Assembly (NCBI RefSeq): GCF_000143415.4
Contig: NW_003314273.1
Coordinates: forward strand, 1,952,052-2,016,051
DNA from: Selaginella moellendorffii
Taxonomy: Eukaryota; Plantae; Lycopodiophyta
Direction of reading: 5' to 3'
DNA: 64,000 nucleotides
In this document: piece after piece, positions 50,071 through 61,800 of the stretch
How positions within the stretch are numbered: position 1 is the stretch's first letter
Layout of the letters: each line of letters begins with the position of its first letter
The notes under the pieces: model-generated
Seen by the model: the letters and a program-made list of their open reading frames with translations, nothing else
What the model was told of the DNA's origin: nothing
The model's database searches: none
Translations under genes and position numbers: made by a program

Positions 50071-51118
50071 AGTGAGAAATGGAAAATGTGACATCTCATA
50101 ATATTATTTTAAGTGAAGGGCATCATCAAGGGTGGTTATAATAAGTGCATGCACAAGTTTTACAAGATCTTGATGAAATGTTAATTATAACATTCTCAGT
50201 TTGATCCATTTTGACATATTTGGCTTCGCATGAAACAAAAGGTTTCGGAAACGAACACCAAATTATATCATCGACTCCTATGACCCTTGACGAAGATGAT
50301 GTAATTGTTGAAATGCATTATCACAATTGTTAGCATATCTGAGTGCACATTTGAAGACGTCCGGGAGAATACTCCAATCCTCACGAGTGACTATACTCAA
50401 ACCATTGTACCACTACAGCATTGTCCTTGGAGACACATAAGAAACCCACATAAACGTCAAACATCATCTCAAGAATAATATGTGGCAATCACCATGAAGT
50501 AATTGAACCAATGGTACACATCATCTCTAGGATTCCCATGAAAGAACTCTAGTCGAACACGATGATTGGCACCAAGAGCAAGAGGAGCTGTACCACATGC
50601 CGTGAATGCCATTATCAACTGAGTTTGGTTGTTCAATCACAATCATATAACATCAAGCAATTACACCAACTGCTACTCTAGAGTCAAAGGAAGAAAAGAT
50701 TACTATTATGCCATGAAGATGAATGAAAAGGAAAGAGCAAAAGAAATGAAATGAAAAAAGTTTTAAAAAAAGGGAGATTTAGACAATGCAAAAGTTAAAT
50801 TTAAATCAAAATCCTGAAAGGAAAGAACAAAAGAAATGAAATGAAAAAATTAGATCTAGAGAATGCAAAAGTTAAATTTAAACCAAAAATCCCGAATTCA
50901 AGCACTCTTTAGAGATAATTGAATATGCCCCACCTCCACCAATGTGAATGCATGGAATATGGAAAGGGAATATAAAACATGTGTATATCAATTAACTCAA
51001 AAACACTAAATTATATATAGGAAAGAATGGTCTAGATTGAAATCAATCCAATAGTTACCAAAATTTCACTATGCTAATATTATTATACGGCATTGTAACT
51101 GTACACTTGGACCTCACA
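50070..51118 (-). mobile_element. Partial LTR retroelement: LTR 50943-51118, PBS 50931-50941, internal remnant to the left
   Basis: TGTGA..TCACA 176-bp LTR; minus-strand TGGTGGAGGTG one base from the LTR. Left boundary approximate. Confidence 0.65.
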
Positions 51119-52160
51119 TTAATAAATATTTTAAATTCAAATATAATACCAATATCTAATTCTTTCTTAATGTTATGAACCACTCATATTAAAATATTAT
51201 GGTGAATCCAAATTTTAACCTTTAAATCCTTCCCAAAAAGTATAAAATATATAAAATACTTATGTTTTTAATGGATTAAAGACTCACCAAAAGTATAACA
51301 TTGCAGGAAGCATGTGTAAGTGCAACTTGGGAATTAGTTTGTTTTGATATTGTAAATCTTTGTATTTATAATATCAAATCCATAATTGAGAATTATATAT
51401 TTGTAATGATAGTATTGTTGTTTAATGTTGAGATTCTTAACTTCCATGTTCAATTGTAATGCCTTTGAATATATTGTCTTTGCTTCTTTTAACTATATAT
51501 TTGTAATCTTCACACATTCATTATTTGTTGTTTTAGAATTTCTTGAGAAAAATGCTAAAGGTAAGCTTGTGGTTATGGTTATAAAGCGTTTTTATTTTAA
51601 ATTTAAAACATGTTTCAACTAAATTCATCAATTTCACCCCTTCTTTAACTAACCAAATATATAGTATTTATTTTGGTTTTTGGATAATTGACACTACATA
51701 GATTATGTGTGCAAAATTTCCATAGGACATAACTATATAAACTGATCACAGTGTTGTGGAGGATTGCCATATTATTGTCATCCACAAAAACAATCAACTG
51801 GAGTGTGTAATTTTTATATAGTAATTTGCTTACTATATAATATTCTTCCAATCCAAGTAAAATATTTGACTGTAGAACTTGCTCTAGATCAATGTATAGC
51901 TCACAAAATTTTATAAATCTTTCATTATTTAACTTGGAAGCATTTAGGCTCTTTGTTGCTCAAAAGCACTAGTCTTCCTTGTTTTATAGTTACATACTCA
52001 TACTTGGAATAGTGCAAAATTGTTAGCTATATGGGCTCGCTTAGTTAAGATCATTTAAAGTTGATCTTGTCACTTTTATAAGCTTATGACCAAAAGGTTG
52101 TGTCAATGTTGTAGTAGATAAACATTTCACCAAATCCTCAAAATTATCAATTTTTTATAT
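51119..52160 (-). mobile_element. Decayed non-LTR retrotransposon (LINE) RT region; fragments of it make up the AT-rich spacers of the array
   Basis: ORF 51645..51851 has VFVDD...WKFCTHNLCSVNYPKTK (YADD...N..KT pattern). Paralogous spacers give WKEHF (~37070) and IPSLRVYNSQVW..WEALQ (~21150-21210) on the minus strand. Confidence 0.5.
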
Positions 52161-52225
52161 AACTCGGCTTTTTATTTAAACATGCATTTTTCGTCCTCGC
52201 TGACATTTTTATACACCAGCCTCCA

Positions 52226-53415
52226 TTTCGATTCCATGCCCGAGAGGAGCCTTGTCTCCTTTAACACAATGCTCTCGGCATTCTTGGTGGCAGGGGAATG
52301 GAGGGAGAAGAGGCGATCAAACTGGCAGAGCTCTTCTTCGCCCAGATGCCCAACCGCGACCTCGTCTCTTGCAATGCGATGCTGGACGCGTATGCCGAGA
52401 GAGGGCATCTGTGCCGCGCACGTATCCTCTTCGCCGCCATGCCGGAGCACGACGCCATCACGATCACCACCATGATCCACACGCTCGCTCGGGGCTCGGG
52501 GGATTTGGGATCGGCGCGGTTTCTCTTTGATTCTACGCCCGTCCGGGACGAGCTGTGTTGGAACGCGATGATCACCGCGTATGCCCAGCGAGGGCATACC
52601 GTCGAAGCGAGAAAGCTATTTGATTCCATGCCTGCCAAGATCGATTCTTCCTGGAATTCGATGCTCTCGGCTTACATCCAAGCTTCAGATATGGCGAGCG
52701 CCGAGGATTTCTTCTTTCGTGCCATGGCCGAGTGGAATCTCATCGCCTGCAGAGCGATGCTCGCAGCGTATGCCCAAAACGGGCATCTGTCCAAGGCCGA
52801 GGATATCTTCGCGGCGATGGAGGAGGCGAGCTTGGTTTCCTGGACCGCTATGCTCGACGGATACGCGCGCAATGGATTCGTTCGAAACGCTGCCTCGATC
52901 TTTCACTCCATGGCGGAGAGAAACTTCGTTGCGTGGAGTGTCATGGCTTCTACGTTTGCTCGCAAAGAATGCCATCGCCACCTTTCGAGAAACACGAGCG
53001 AATTCTTAGTTTTGGCTGACGTCTCAGTTTGAAACTCTTTTGTTGCGCTCAATCCGAGAGCGCTAGCCTTTGCTCGCAAAGAGCGTTCCAGATCTTGAGC
53101 TCGATGAGTTGCGATGGGTTACGTCCAGATGAGAGCTCTTTCGTCTCGATCTTGCTGGCTTGCAGTCGATCCGGCCACGTTGATGCTGCTCGTCGATGCT
53201 TTAGCTGCCTAAGCTTCGATTTCTTCGTGGTGCCCAGTAAGAAACTCCATAGCTGCGTCATTGACACACTATGTCGGGCAGCGTTTCGCCGAGACGCGAG
53301 CGAGCTTGTTTTCAGCATGCCTTTCAAGCCAGACTCGGTGGACCTGAGCTCGATTCATCCAACTGTTGTAAGAGATCGAGTGGATCGATCTAAGAGTTTA
53401 TCGAAGAGCTTTTAG
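52226..53415 (+). pseudogene. PLS-class PPR gene with tandem short repeats and L2-S2-E start; frameshifted
   Basis: FDSMPERSLVSFNTML in one frame, 52298..53032 repeats (WNAMITAYAQRGH, SWTAMLDGYARNG), then RPDESSFVSILLACSRSG..SMPFKPD in another frame; truncated E domain, no DYW. Confidence 0.8.
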
Positions 53416-53520
53416 TTACTGGTTGATCCATTCATTGGCACGGCCACCCGACTCGTCCAAGAGCGAGAGGTTCCGTCCACATTCATGGAATATCCCAATT
53501 TTCAAATATAGATTTACATG

Positions 53521-54155
53521 CTAAACAAACATTTTATAAATCTCATGCAACTTATCAATGGTCCTCCTGTCTAGACTGAAAGTCGCTTCCAAAACCTTGT
53601 AACTCAACTTGGGTCCAAACAAAGAAAAGGATGGGATCTGGAACGAAGGATTCTCGCTGTTTAAAATGGCCAAAACTGTAGCGTGATCTTCCCCATGAAG
53701 ATCAAATAGTGAAGAACTCAACGGGGAATTATAAACAAATCGCTCGCGGTCAAATTCCTCGCAAAGAGCCTGTTGTTAGTGTCCACAAAGCCGGCCTCCA
53801 CAAATCCCTTCTCCACATAGATGAGCTCGCTTGCCCGAGGATGAGCATGAGCTCTCGCAACTCCTTTGGGGCCGAGATAGTTTCGTGCCACGGACAATCC
53901 CATCGTGTTGAGTGCCGGAAATGTGCTGACAATAGCTTGAGCGAAATCAAACGCGTTGGGCTTGTGTGAGGTATCCACCTTGGCGCGAAACAAGCTCGAG
54001 CATGGCTTGCACTTCATGAAACCTTCACTAATATTGTTCCGTGGGATGCAAAAGTCCTGGATTGGATCGGGATCTGCAGCTCTCACAAGGACAAGAATGT
54101 GGCAGTCGTTTAAGGATGAGAGGAATAGAGAAAGCAATAAAAGTGAATTAGCCAT
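53521..54155 (-). pseudogene. Germin-like protein (cupin_1) pseudogene
   Basis: Signal peptide, ADPDPIQDFC, FPALNTMGLS and HAHPRASE; TGA replaces Gly in FIIPR*VLHY, then a frameshift leads into LNSENP..SLFG. Confidence 0.88.
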
Positions 54156-55884
54156 GGGATGTTATAAGTTAACTGATGAGAGATTTTATTTGCTATCGTG
54201 ATTTGGACACCACGTAAAAGCTGGTAACTTTAGTCAAACTTGTGACTATTGCTAAGCCAAGACACGTGGCGGGAAGAACATTATTTGTTATTAATGTAAA
54301 AAATAAAAATGAGATAACTTAGTTGTTATCTCATTCTCAAATAACATCAAAGCTATTAAGTAGCTCTATAAACTAATTTATAGTATATTTTATTGAGAAT
54401 AACTGTATATCCGGTGATATAAGTGTACAGTAAACATATGAAAATATAAAGTATAGTCTTAAAGCATTTTTGGCTTGAGAAAACCAGTGTATACATCTAG
54501 AATATGCTTGAATATTTTAGTTGTTATTCATTTATATTTATTTTGTATTTATAATTTAAAAACATGTTTATAATATATAAGCTTTCCTAAACACTTCCTA
54601 GTATATTCTAGTTTATTCTAAATGGTTGACATGCAATAATATTAATTTCGTGTTTGTAAATTATAAACATTTGATCACTTGAATTAATAAATAAGAATAA
54701 CACTACTATTAAGAAAACTAAACATTGCATAGAAAATTATTCTAAGTGTTAGTATAAAAAATTAAAAAAATTGTATTTAATATCTCAAATATGAAGATAT
54801 CTTGATCAAAACTAGAATGTAAATTTTTAAGTTTAAAAATTCTAAACTTCTTTGATTAAACCCATATTAAAACTTTGGGACTTAAGTTTCTTCGAGATTT
54901 TATTGTAGATTAGATGTTATATTGTTCTTTCAACCATGTGCTGTACAAATATATAAACTTTACTCCCAGAGATATAAAAAGCCCTTGAAAATATACAACT
55001 TTAAATCCCATGGTGCAATAAACTAGGGAAGATTATACAATCTCTAGTAATAGTGACATTACTACTGCCTAAAAGTCCTCTCCTTCTACTATTTGACTAA
55101 TCCCTTTCAACTAGGATTGTTGTTTCCAGCCCCCCATTAGGCTATGCAAGTGTAGTGTTGCCACACCAATCCCATAGCCTCATAAAAGTATAACCATACC
55201 CTTTGCATTATCCATTTGGAATCATAACCAAAAGTGAGCCACTCTTCTTGAGTCCAAGTTAAAATTACATTTTTGCACTCTAATGATATAGCCTCTGACA
55301 TGAGTTGTGCCCCTTGAAACATCCCGTACATCTAAGTGGTGGCATTCCAAGTGCCTTAATCATGATGAATCCACAACCCAAGGCTTAGCCAACACAACTG
55401 TACCATATAAATTAAAACTTCGGTGTGCCATCAAAAAGTGTTTAATTACTAAGTGTGCAATCAGAAGGTAGAGAAGTGCTGCCATGTAATATGAAAGACC
55501 TAGTCATGGTGAAGAATAGGTAATGGTGCCATAGCAAGATGTCCTGTCCTGTGTGCCAGTTATGTGATGGTGTCTTTTAGGTGGACTTAGCCTTTAAGAG
55601 AATCTGAAACAAAAGGAGAACAAAGGGCATACTTCTACACAGTGATCATGGCTCTGTCTGCTTGTGCTATGAAAGAAAAAGAGTGGTGCCACCTTTCTGG
55701 TGCATAAAACAGCATCTCCTTATGTCCGATCCTTTCTTGTAAGTGACAGGACTGAGAAATCGCACTGGACAACAGCCAACACAGGATTGCTTTAGCTTAC
55801 TCAATTGAAACAACAAAGTTTACAATAGTAATTACCATAAACTAAACTAAAACATGGCATATGCTAGTGTGAAGTTATAAACTA

Positions 55885-56532
55885 CTACCTTGAATAGGGA
55901 CAGTACAAGTAAACAGGGCACAGCTGCTGACCATCAAACACAATATCTTGCGCATTGGTTTCACCCTTCTGTGAAAGAAGCATGCCCAAGTCACAGGTAA
56001 GATCAGCCTGCAAGTAGTTTGAGCTATCGGATGAGTGCTTTTGGTCAATCCACTGAGCACTAGCACGAATTGCTGCTGAGAGTGGAACTTTTCCCGATGC
56101 GACATCAGCTTTAAACAGCTCCAACTTATCCACGGAAAGGCTCGTCTCGTTCACCAGAAGCCTCCGTGTCACAGAAACACTCCTGCTCTTCGGAAGCATA
56201 AAGGTGTGGAATGGAAACTGCTGGACGGCGAGCTCCACTCCACGGTAGCTCAAAGTTACGTCCATTGCATCAAACTTCACGTCCAGCAGATCTTCGTGCT
56301 TGCGATGCTTGAGATTCGAGCAGGTAAACTGGAGCTCTAGATTGGAAACAAACCTTGGAGTTGAGTTTGATGGGAGCTCAACGTGTGAAACCTTAATGTC
56401 CTTGAAGTTGCACCATGGTTCGTGACGATTGGTGAATGGCAGAAAAGATGGTAAAAGTAGTAGTGAAAGCACTACGGCCAGCGCCCCTATTACTAGCAAT
56501 CCCCCAATGATTTCCTTCTTGGAATCCTCCAT
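55885..56532 (-). CDS. LEA_2 / NDR1-HIN1-like membrane-anchored protein, 215 aa
   Basis: N-terminal TM segment, beta-rich region (FDAMDVTLSYRGVEL), DVASGKVPL and a C-terminal Cys pair; intact single exon. Confidence 0.8.
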   Translation of the reverse strand: MEDSKKEIIGGLLVIGALAVVLSLLLLPSFLPFTNRHEPWCNFKDIKVSHVELPSNSTPRFVSNLELQFTCSNLKHRKHEDLLDVKFDAMDVTLSYRGVELAVQQFPFHTFMLPKSRSVSVTRRLLVNETSLSVDKLELFKADVASGKVPLSAAIRASAQWIDQKHSSDSSNYLQADLTCDLGMLLSQKGETNAQDIVFDGQQLCPVYLYCPYSR

Positions 56533-56595
56533 GCCCTATCTTCCCAAAATATAGTTCTTATTTTATAGACAACACTTAAAAGGTAAGCTAAAGGA

Positions 56596-56612
56596 TTAGG
56601 GTTTAGGGTTTT
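56596..56612. promoter_or_regulatory. Tandem telo-box
   Basis: TTAGGGTTTAGGGTTTT just upstream of the HflX ATG; a similar TTTAGGGTT at ~58796 precedes VPS8. Confidence 0.65.
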
Positions 56613-56616
56613 GTGA

Positions 56617-58775
56617 ATGAAGTGGCTGGGCGTGGCGTGGTCGGGGCTAAGGCGGCATTTCTCGTCGCGCGCGGATGGAGTGGGATCGATTTACGACAAG
56701 CTTTTCGTCGTCCAGCCGCGCTTCCATCCGCCGCTGCTGCTCAAGGCCAAGCTCCTCGAGGCACTGCGCCTCGCCAATTCACTCGCGCCCCTCACTGCCA
56801 CGGATCTCAAGTCGGATTTCCCCTCGTATGTGCTTGTCCAGGGCAGGAGGAAGATCAATGCAGGTGATTTTTAGTCTGTTTCGCATCGATCGCTTCTCGT
56901 TCTCGAGTGAGTGAATTCTTTTGTTTCAAGGCACCTATTTTGGAGCGGGGACTATTGACAATATTCGCACGCATTTGAACGTGATCGACGTGGAAGTAAG
57001 GAAAGCTTTCTTTCTTTTAGCTCTGTAAAAGCTAAGCACGAGAGTCACACTGGCAGGATAGAGAGATCGATGCCGTGTTCGTGAACACTTCCCTGTCCGG
57101 CGTCCAACAACGTAATCTGGAGGTGATTAGATATCTCCACTTTCTTCGATTTTTGTTTAAAGTTTTTCTCTTTGAATGTTGGTTGCAATTTTTCTTACAG
57201 GATGCTTGGGAAAGGCCGGTTCTCGATCGCGTGGGCTTGATCATCGAGATTTTTGGCAGTCGTGCACGATCCAAAGAAGCCAAGCTTCAGGTAACTTCAA
57301 ATAGATAGTGTGTTGATTATATGATGGTGTCTTTCAGGTGGAACTTGCTGCTCTAGACTTTAAGAGAACAAGGCTCATCCGAGAAAAAGGAGAACGAAAG
57401 GCGTTTGGAGCTGGTGGAGAGCAGGAGGTTGTGAGTGCACGAGGGTAAAATGACTTCTTGTCATTGAGGAAGAAATTCGTAATTCCTTTTTTCCTTCTTC
57501 ATAGGAGAGCAAGTGGTGGTGGTGGTCGAGGATTTACGAGCGGATCAGGAGAGTCGGAATTGCAGCTACAACGACGGAGGTACAGGGCTTTTTGTTTTGG
57601 TTTGTCATCTCTCTTGTTTGATATTTAGTTTTCAACCAGGATTTCGGATCAAAAGCATAAAATCCAGGTCGCTCTTGCGAAAGCAAAGCAGACACGATCA
57701 CTGCATCGCCGCAACCGAGAAGGCATTCCGTTGGTTGCAGTCGTAGGATACACGAATGCTGTAAGTTGACAGTCTTGTTATGCGTTGATTGCTGAGAAAC
57801 AAGATAGCAGTACACTGCAGGGGAAGTCAACACTTGTTGGAGCTCTATCAAAGAGCAGCCTCTACTCGGATGACAGGTTCATGAGAAACGCTTTTCTTTT
57901 CAAGTAAAGTTTTATCGCTCTGTTTCATAGGTTGTTTGCAACGCTAGACACGCAGGTGCGAAGTGTGATTCTTCCTTCAGGGTAAAATAGTGTCGACTCT
58001 TTCTTGTTGTATTCATTGCTGTGTTTCTGCAGAAGAAGGGTCCTGGTGAGTGACACCGTTGGATTCATATCGGACTTGCCTACTCAGGTTTGTGAAGATT
58101 CTCAAGCACTCAACATCTACTTATGTTTGCGTGAATTTTGGAAGCTCGTGGAAGCGTTCCATGCAACTCTAGAAGAAGTTGTTGCTGCGGACATTGTTTT
58201 GGTAAGTACGCTTCTTTGATCCTGATTGAAGGTAGCCTGTTCCATGCTTTCAGCATGTCATGGATTCGAGCGCTCCAAACATGGACGAGCAGCGAGAGGC
58301 AGTTCTTAAAGTCCTGGGAGAAATAGGAGTCTCTCAACAAGATCTAGACGAGAAGACGATTGAAGTGATGAACAAGGTGGGTGCATGCTTGGCGTGACGC
58401 TGTGTTACAAGTTTCTAGTGGTTTTTTCAGATCGATGTTCATCCAGATTGTGGCGATCTTGATCTTCCACCGGGTTTGCTTCTGTGCGATGGCAATGACG
58501 AAGACGCCCTGGTGATCCCGTCCTCAGAGGAGTACAGGAAAGCAGTGGCAGCGGCCAACGCTCTATCAAATGGAATCGAAGTCTCGAATCCAGAAGAAGT
58601 AAAGGAAGAACACAAAGAAGAAAGTGAAAGCGTCGAGCACGAAGAAGTTGAGCTATGGGGAACACAGCTCTTGAAGGATGGAAAAATAGCTCGAGTTTCT
58701 ACGTCGGCAACGCAAGGCACTGGTTTGGAAAATCTTTTGCAAGTGATTGACTCGAGGCTTAAAAATAAATCATAA
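56617..58775 (+). CDS. HflX: HflX-family GTPase, multi-exon, probably organelle-targeted
   Basis: VQQRNLE, VLDRVGLIIEIF..ARSKEAKLQVELA, VGYTNA/GKSTL, LFATLD, SDTVGFISDLP, AFHATLEEV, NKID and SATQGTGLENL. Confidence 0.93.
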
Positions 58776-58887
58776 GACCCATACAACGCCAGTAATTTAG
58801 GGTTCGTGATGGATCAAGGTTTTGGAGAGCTCACGCGTTGGATCCGCGGAGCTCCGGTAAGCTGGCTATGACGCATTCCATCCACCG

Positions 58888-61800
58888 ATGGCGGGAAACG
58901 ACATCGATCTGGATGCGCTACTCGATGCTCACAGCAGCGACGAGGACGACGCCGATCTTCCCGAGCTCGACAGAAGCATCGACGATATTCTACTCGATGC
59001 CGATGAGGAGGAGGATGATGTGGAGCGAAATTCGGATATTTCGGCCGCGATCCCGGAGAAGAAGCTCGAGAGCGGGATTGAGAGCCAGGGATCACAGGCG
59101 GGTTTAGTGAGTACAGGGGTGTCCAAGACTGCTCCAAGGCTATGGGACATCAGTGGCACGATTTCATTCTATCAGGTGACCACCAAGCCAAGTCCAAAGC
59201 CTGGCGCTGCTTTGGCGGCTGCTACTGCTGCTTCGAGACACAGTGGAACGACTACTCGCACAGCTTCGTCTCTCAGGGATGTTGCTAGTGAAACTCCGGA
59301 CGAGTCGGGCAGCTTGAACGAAGAAAAAGAAGAGATCGAAGAAAAAGAAGAGGAAGAGCAAAAGGGACTCGACTGGGTTTCATCATCGATAGAATTCGGT
59401 AGCAATGAGGATACAAGTGCTGCGAAGAGAGACCAAGTGGAAATGGAGGCGACGCCGGTTTCTCTCTCGACAGAGGACACAGTTTCATCATCGTTAGAAG
59501 GTAGCGAGGTTTTGGACGAGAGGATAGAAGTGGCTGTAAATACCGTGGATCTTACCGAGGACAACGAGAGCGACCTTGTTGCCGTCCAGATACTCGACGA
59601 GAAGCTAGAACGAGGCGAAGACGGCTCATCATCGACTGAAAGCTCCGAAGAGCGCGAGCTGGAGGAGGCTTTTGATGAACATACTTCCCCTGAAGTGGAA
59701 GAAGTGAAGTCTCTAATGGTTGAGGCAGAAGAGCGGGAGAAACGAGCAGCGAACTCTGGTCTTCACTTGGAGGAAGGAGCTGCGGCGCAGCCAATGCAAT
59801 TGGAAGGCATTCAGCGCGGGCCTCCAGCCATAGGCCTGCTGCAGCTGGACTGGGGTGGACCTCTGTCCTTTGCGCTTTCTTCCATAGCCATGATGCGTGA
59901 CCACGGGAATCCACGGTGCTTGGCAGTTCAAGCAAACTTCATTGCGGTGGGAATGTCGAAAGGTACTGTACTCTTGTCTTTAAGCAAGTACTCCCCCACT
60001 ACCACAGCAGACAACAACGAAGCTAAGGTGACTATTTCCTTTTACTTTGCTATATGGAACTCACATTTTTGTATGCTCAGGTGGTTCTCTTGAGTAATGC
60101 CGCAGACAAGTCTCACGCCTCTGCGAGTGTGATGTGCTTCAGCTTTCTTGGAGACCTGCTTCTAGTGGGATATACTAATGGGTCTCTGATACTATGGGAC
60201 GTTCCAAAAGCTGCGGTAGCTAAAGCCGTCACAGGAGAGCATCACAACGTGATAGTTCATGCAGCATTTGTAGGACAGGACGGTTCAACAGGTCGCCCCT
60301 TAAAAGCCATGACTGCAGATTGTAAAGGGGTGGTGATGCTCCATACCTTCACACTTGTTCCACTGCTGCGCCGCTTTTCAGTCACAACACAGGTGGTATC
60401 TTATTTTCATTTTGAGTAGGCTTGACCATGTCTTACTTGCAGTGCCTTCTAGATGGCCAACGGACGGGTGTTGTCCTCTCACTGGCACCTCTGCTGCTGA
60501 CTGAAAGTTTACTTCAGAATATTACAGGGTCTGGTATCACTGGGGCAGCTGGAAACGATGCGGGAAGAAAGTTTTTGTACGACGGATCTTCTTCGTCTGA
60601 CGAAACCGGGGGCCTGGTTGTATTTGTCACACAGCAGATTGCTCTTGTGGTAAATATTTGATATTGTTTATCATGGTAACTACACTGACGTTCTTTGCAG
60701 TTTCGATTATTGCCTGCTTTAGAAATATGCGCGAAACTAACACGGCCGGAAGGTGTTCGAGAGGGGTCGATACCGTATGCATCTTGGAGGGGTGTCTCAT
60801 CTATAAAGTCGGAAAGCACTGCCCAAGGTCAAGACGAGCCTTTGCTTGCTCTTGCCTGGGGAAAGAAGGTCCTTGTTCTTCAACTTCAAAAGGCCGATCT
60901 TAAAGTGCTGGCTGAATGGGATATTGATAACAAAGCCGCTGGAGTAGCTTGGCTTGGTGACCAGGTAAAACGAACTTGTTTGAGACTGTTCCTCTTTAAC
61001 AATATTGTTTTGACAGATGCTTGTGGTCGCCACTGTCAAAGCTGAACTTTGTCTATTCACAAAGGAAGGTCTTGCACTTGAACGTGCTGCCATACGAGAC
61101 AATGACGGGCACACAGAGCCTTTGACGTTTCACACCTACTTTCTGGAGACGTGCAACAATTCTGAGAAAGTTTATGGAAACTCTATAGGAGTCCGAGGGG
61201 CAGCATCTTATTTTCTGGGAGCTTCAAAGCTCTGGAGGGCTCGGCTACTTCCTTGGCAGGACAGAATAAAGGCACTTCAGGATGCTGGTGACTGGATGGG
61301 CGCTTTCCAGATTGCAATGGAGTTGTTCGATGGACGGGCAAGAGGTGTTACTGGCTTACCTTCTGGGCTTCGTGCAATGCAGGAAGCTATTATGCCAAAT
61401 CTTCTAGCATTGCTGTCGTCGTACATCGATGAAGCTTTCGCTTATGTTCGTTTGGCTCTTGGTATGCCTGAAACTGAAGCTGCCAGGGAACAGTATGCAA
61501 GAGTCGGGCGGGTTGCAATAGAGTTTTGTGTACATATCAGCAGGACCGACGTACTTTTTGAGAACGTTTTTCGAAAGTTTGATGAGATCGCTCAAGCAGG
61601 TACGTACATCTCTTAGCGCTTGAAGAGGTAGCTCTAATGTTTTTGTGTTGTTCGTTCAGCAACATTTCTGGAACTGTTGGAGCCTTACATTCTGAAAGAC
61701 ATGCTCTGCGGCCTTGCACCAGAGGTTTGTTGCCTTAAAAGTTATACAAATGTTTGTTTAAGCCGGCTGTTTCAGATCATGCAATCTCTCGTTGAGCACT

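Noticed and set aside
55137-55331. Possible transposase or gene fragment (64 aa)
   Set aside because: No recognisable motif; too short to call without a search.
56596-56612. Interstitial telomere or chromosome-healing site
   Set aside because: Only two units, positioned like a promoter telo-box.
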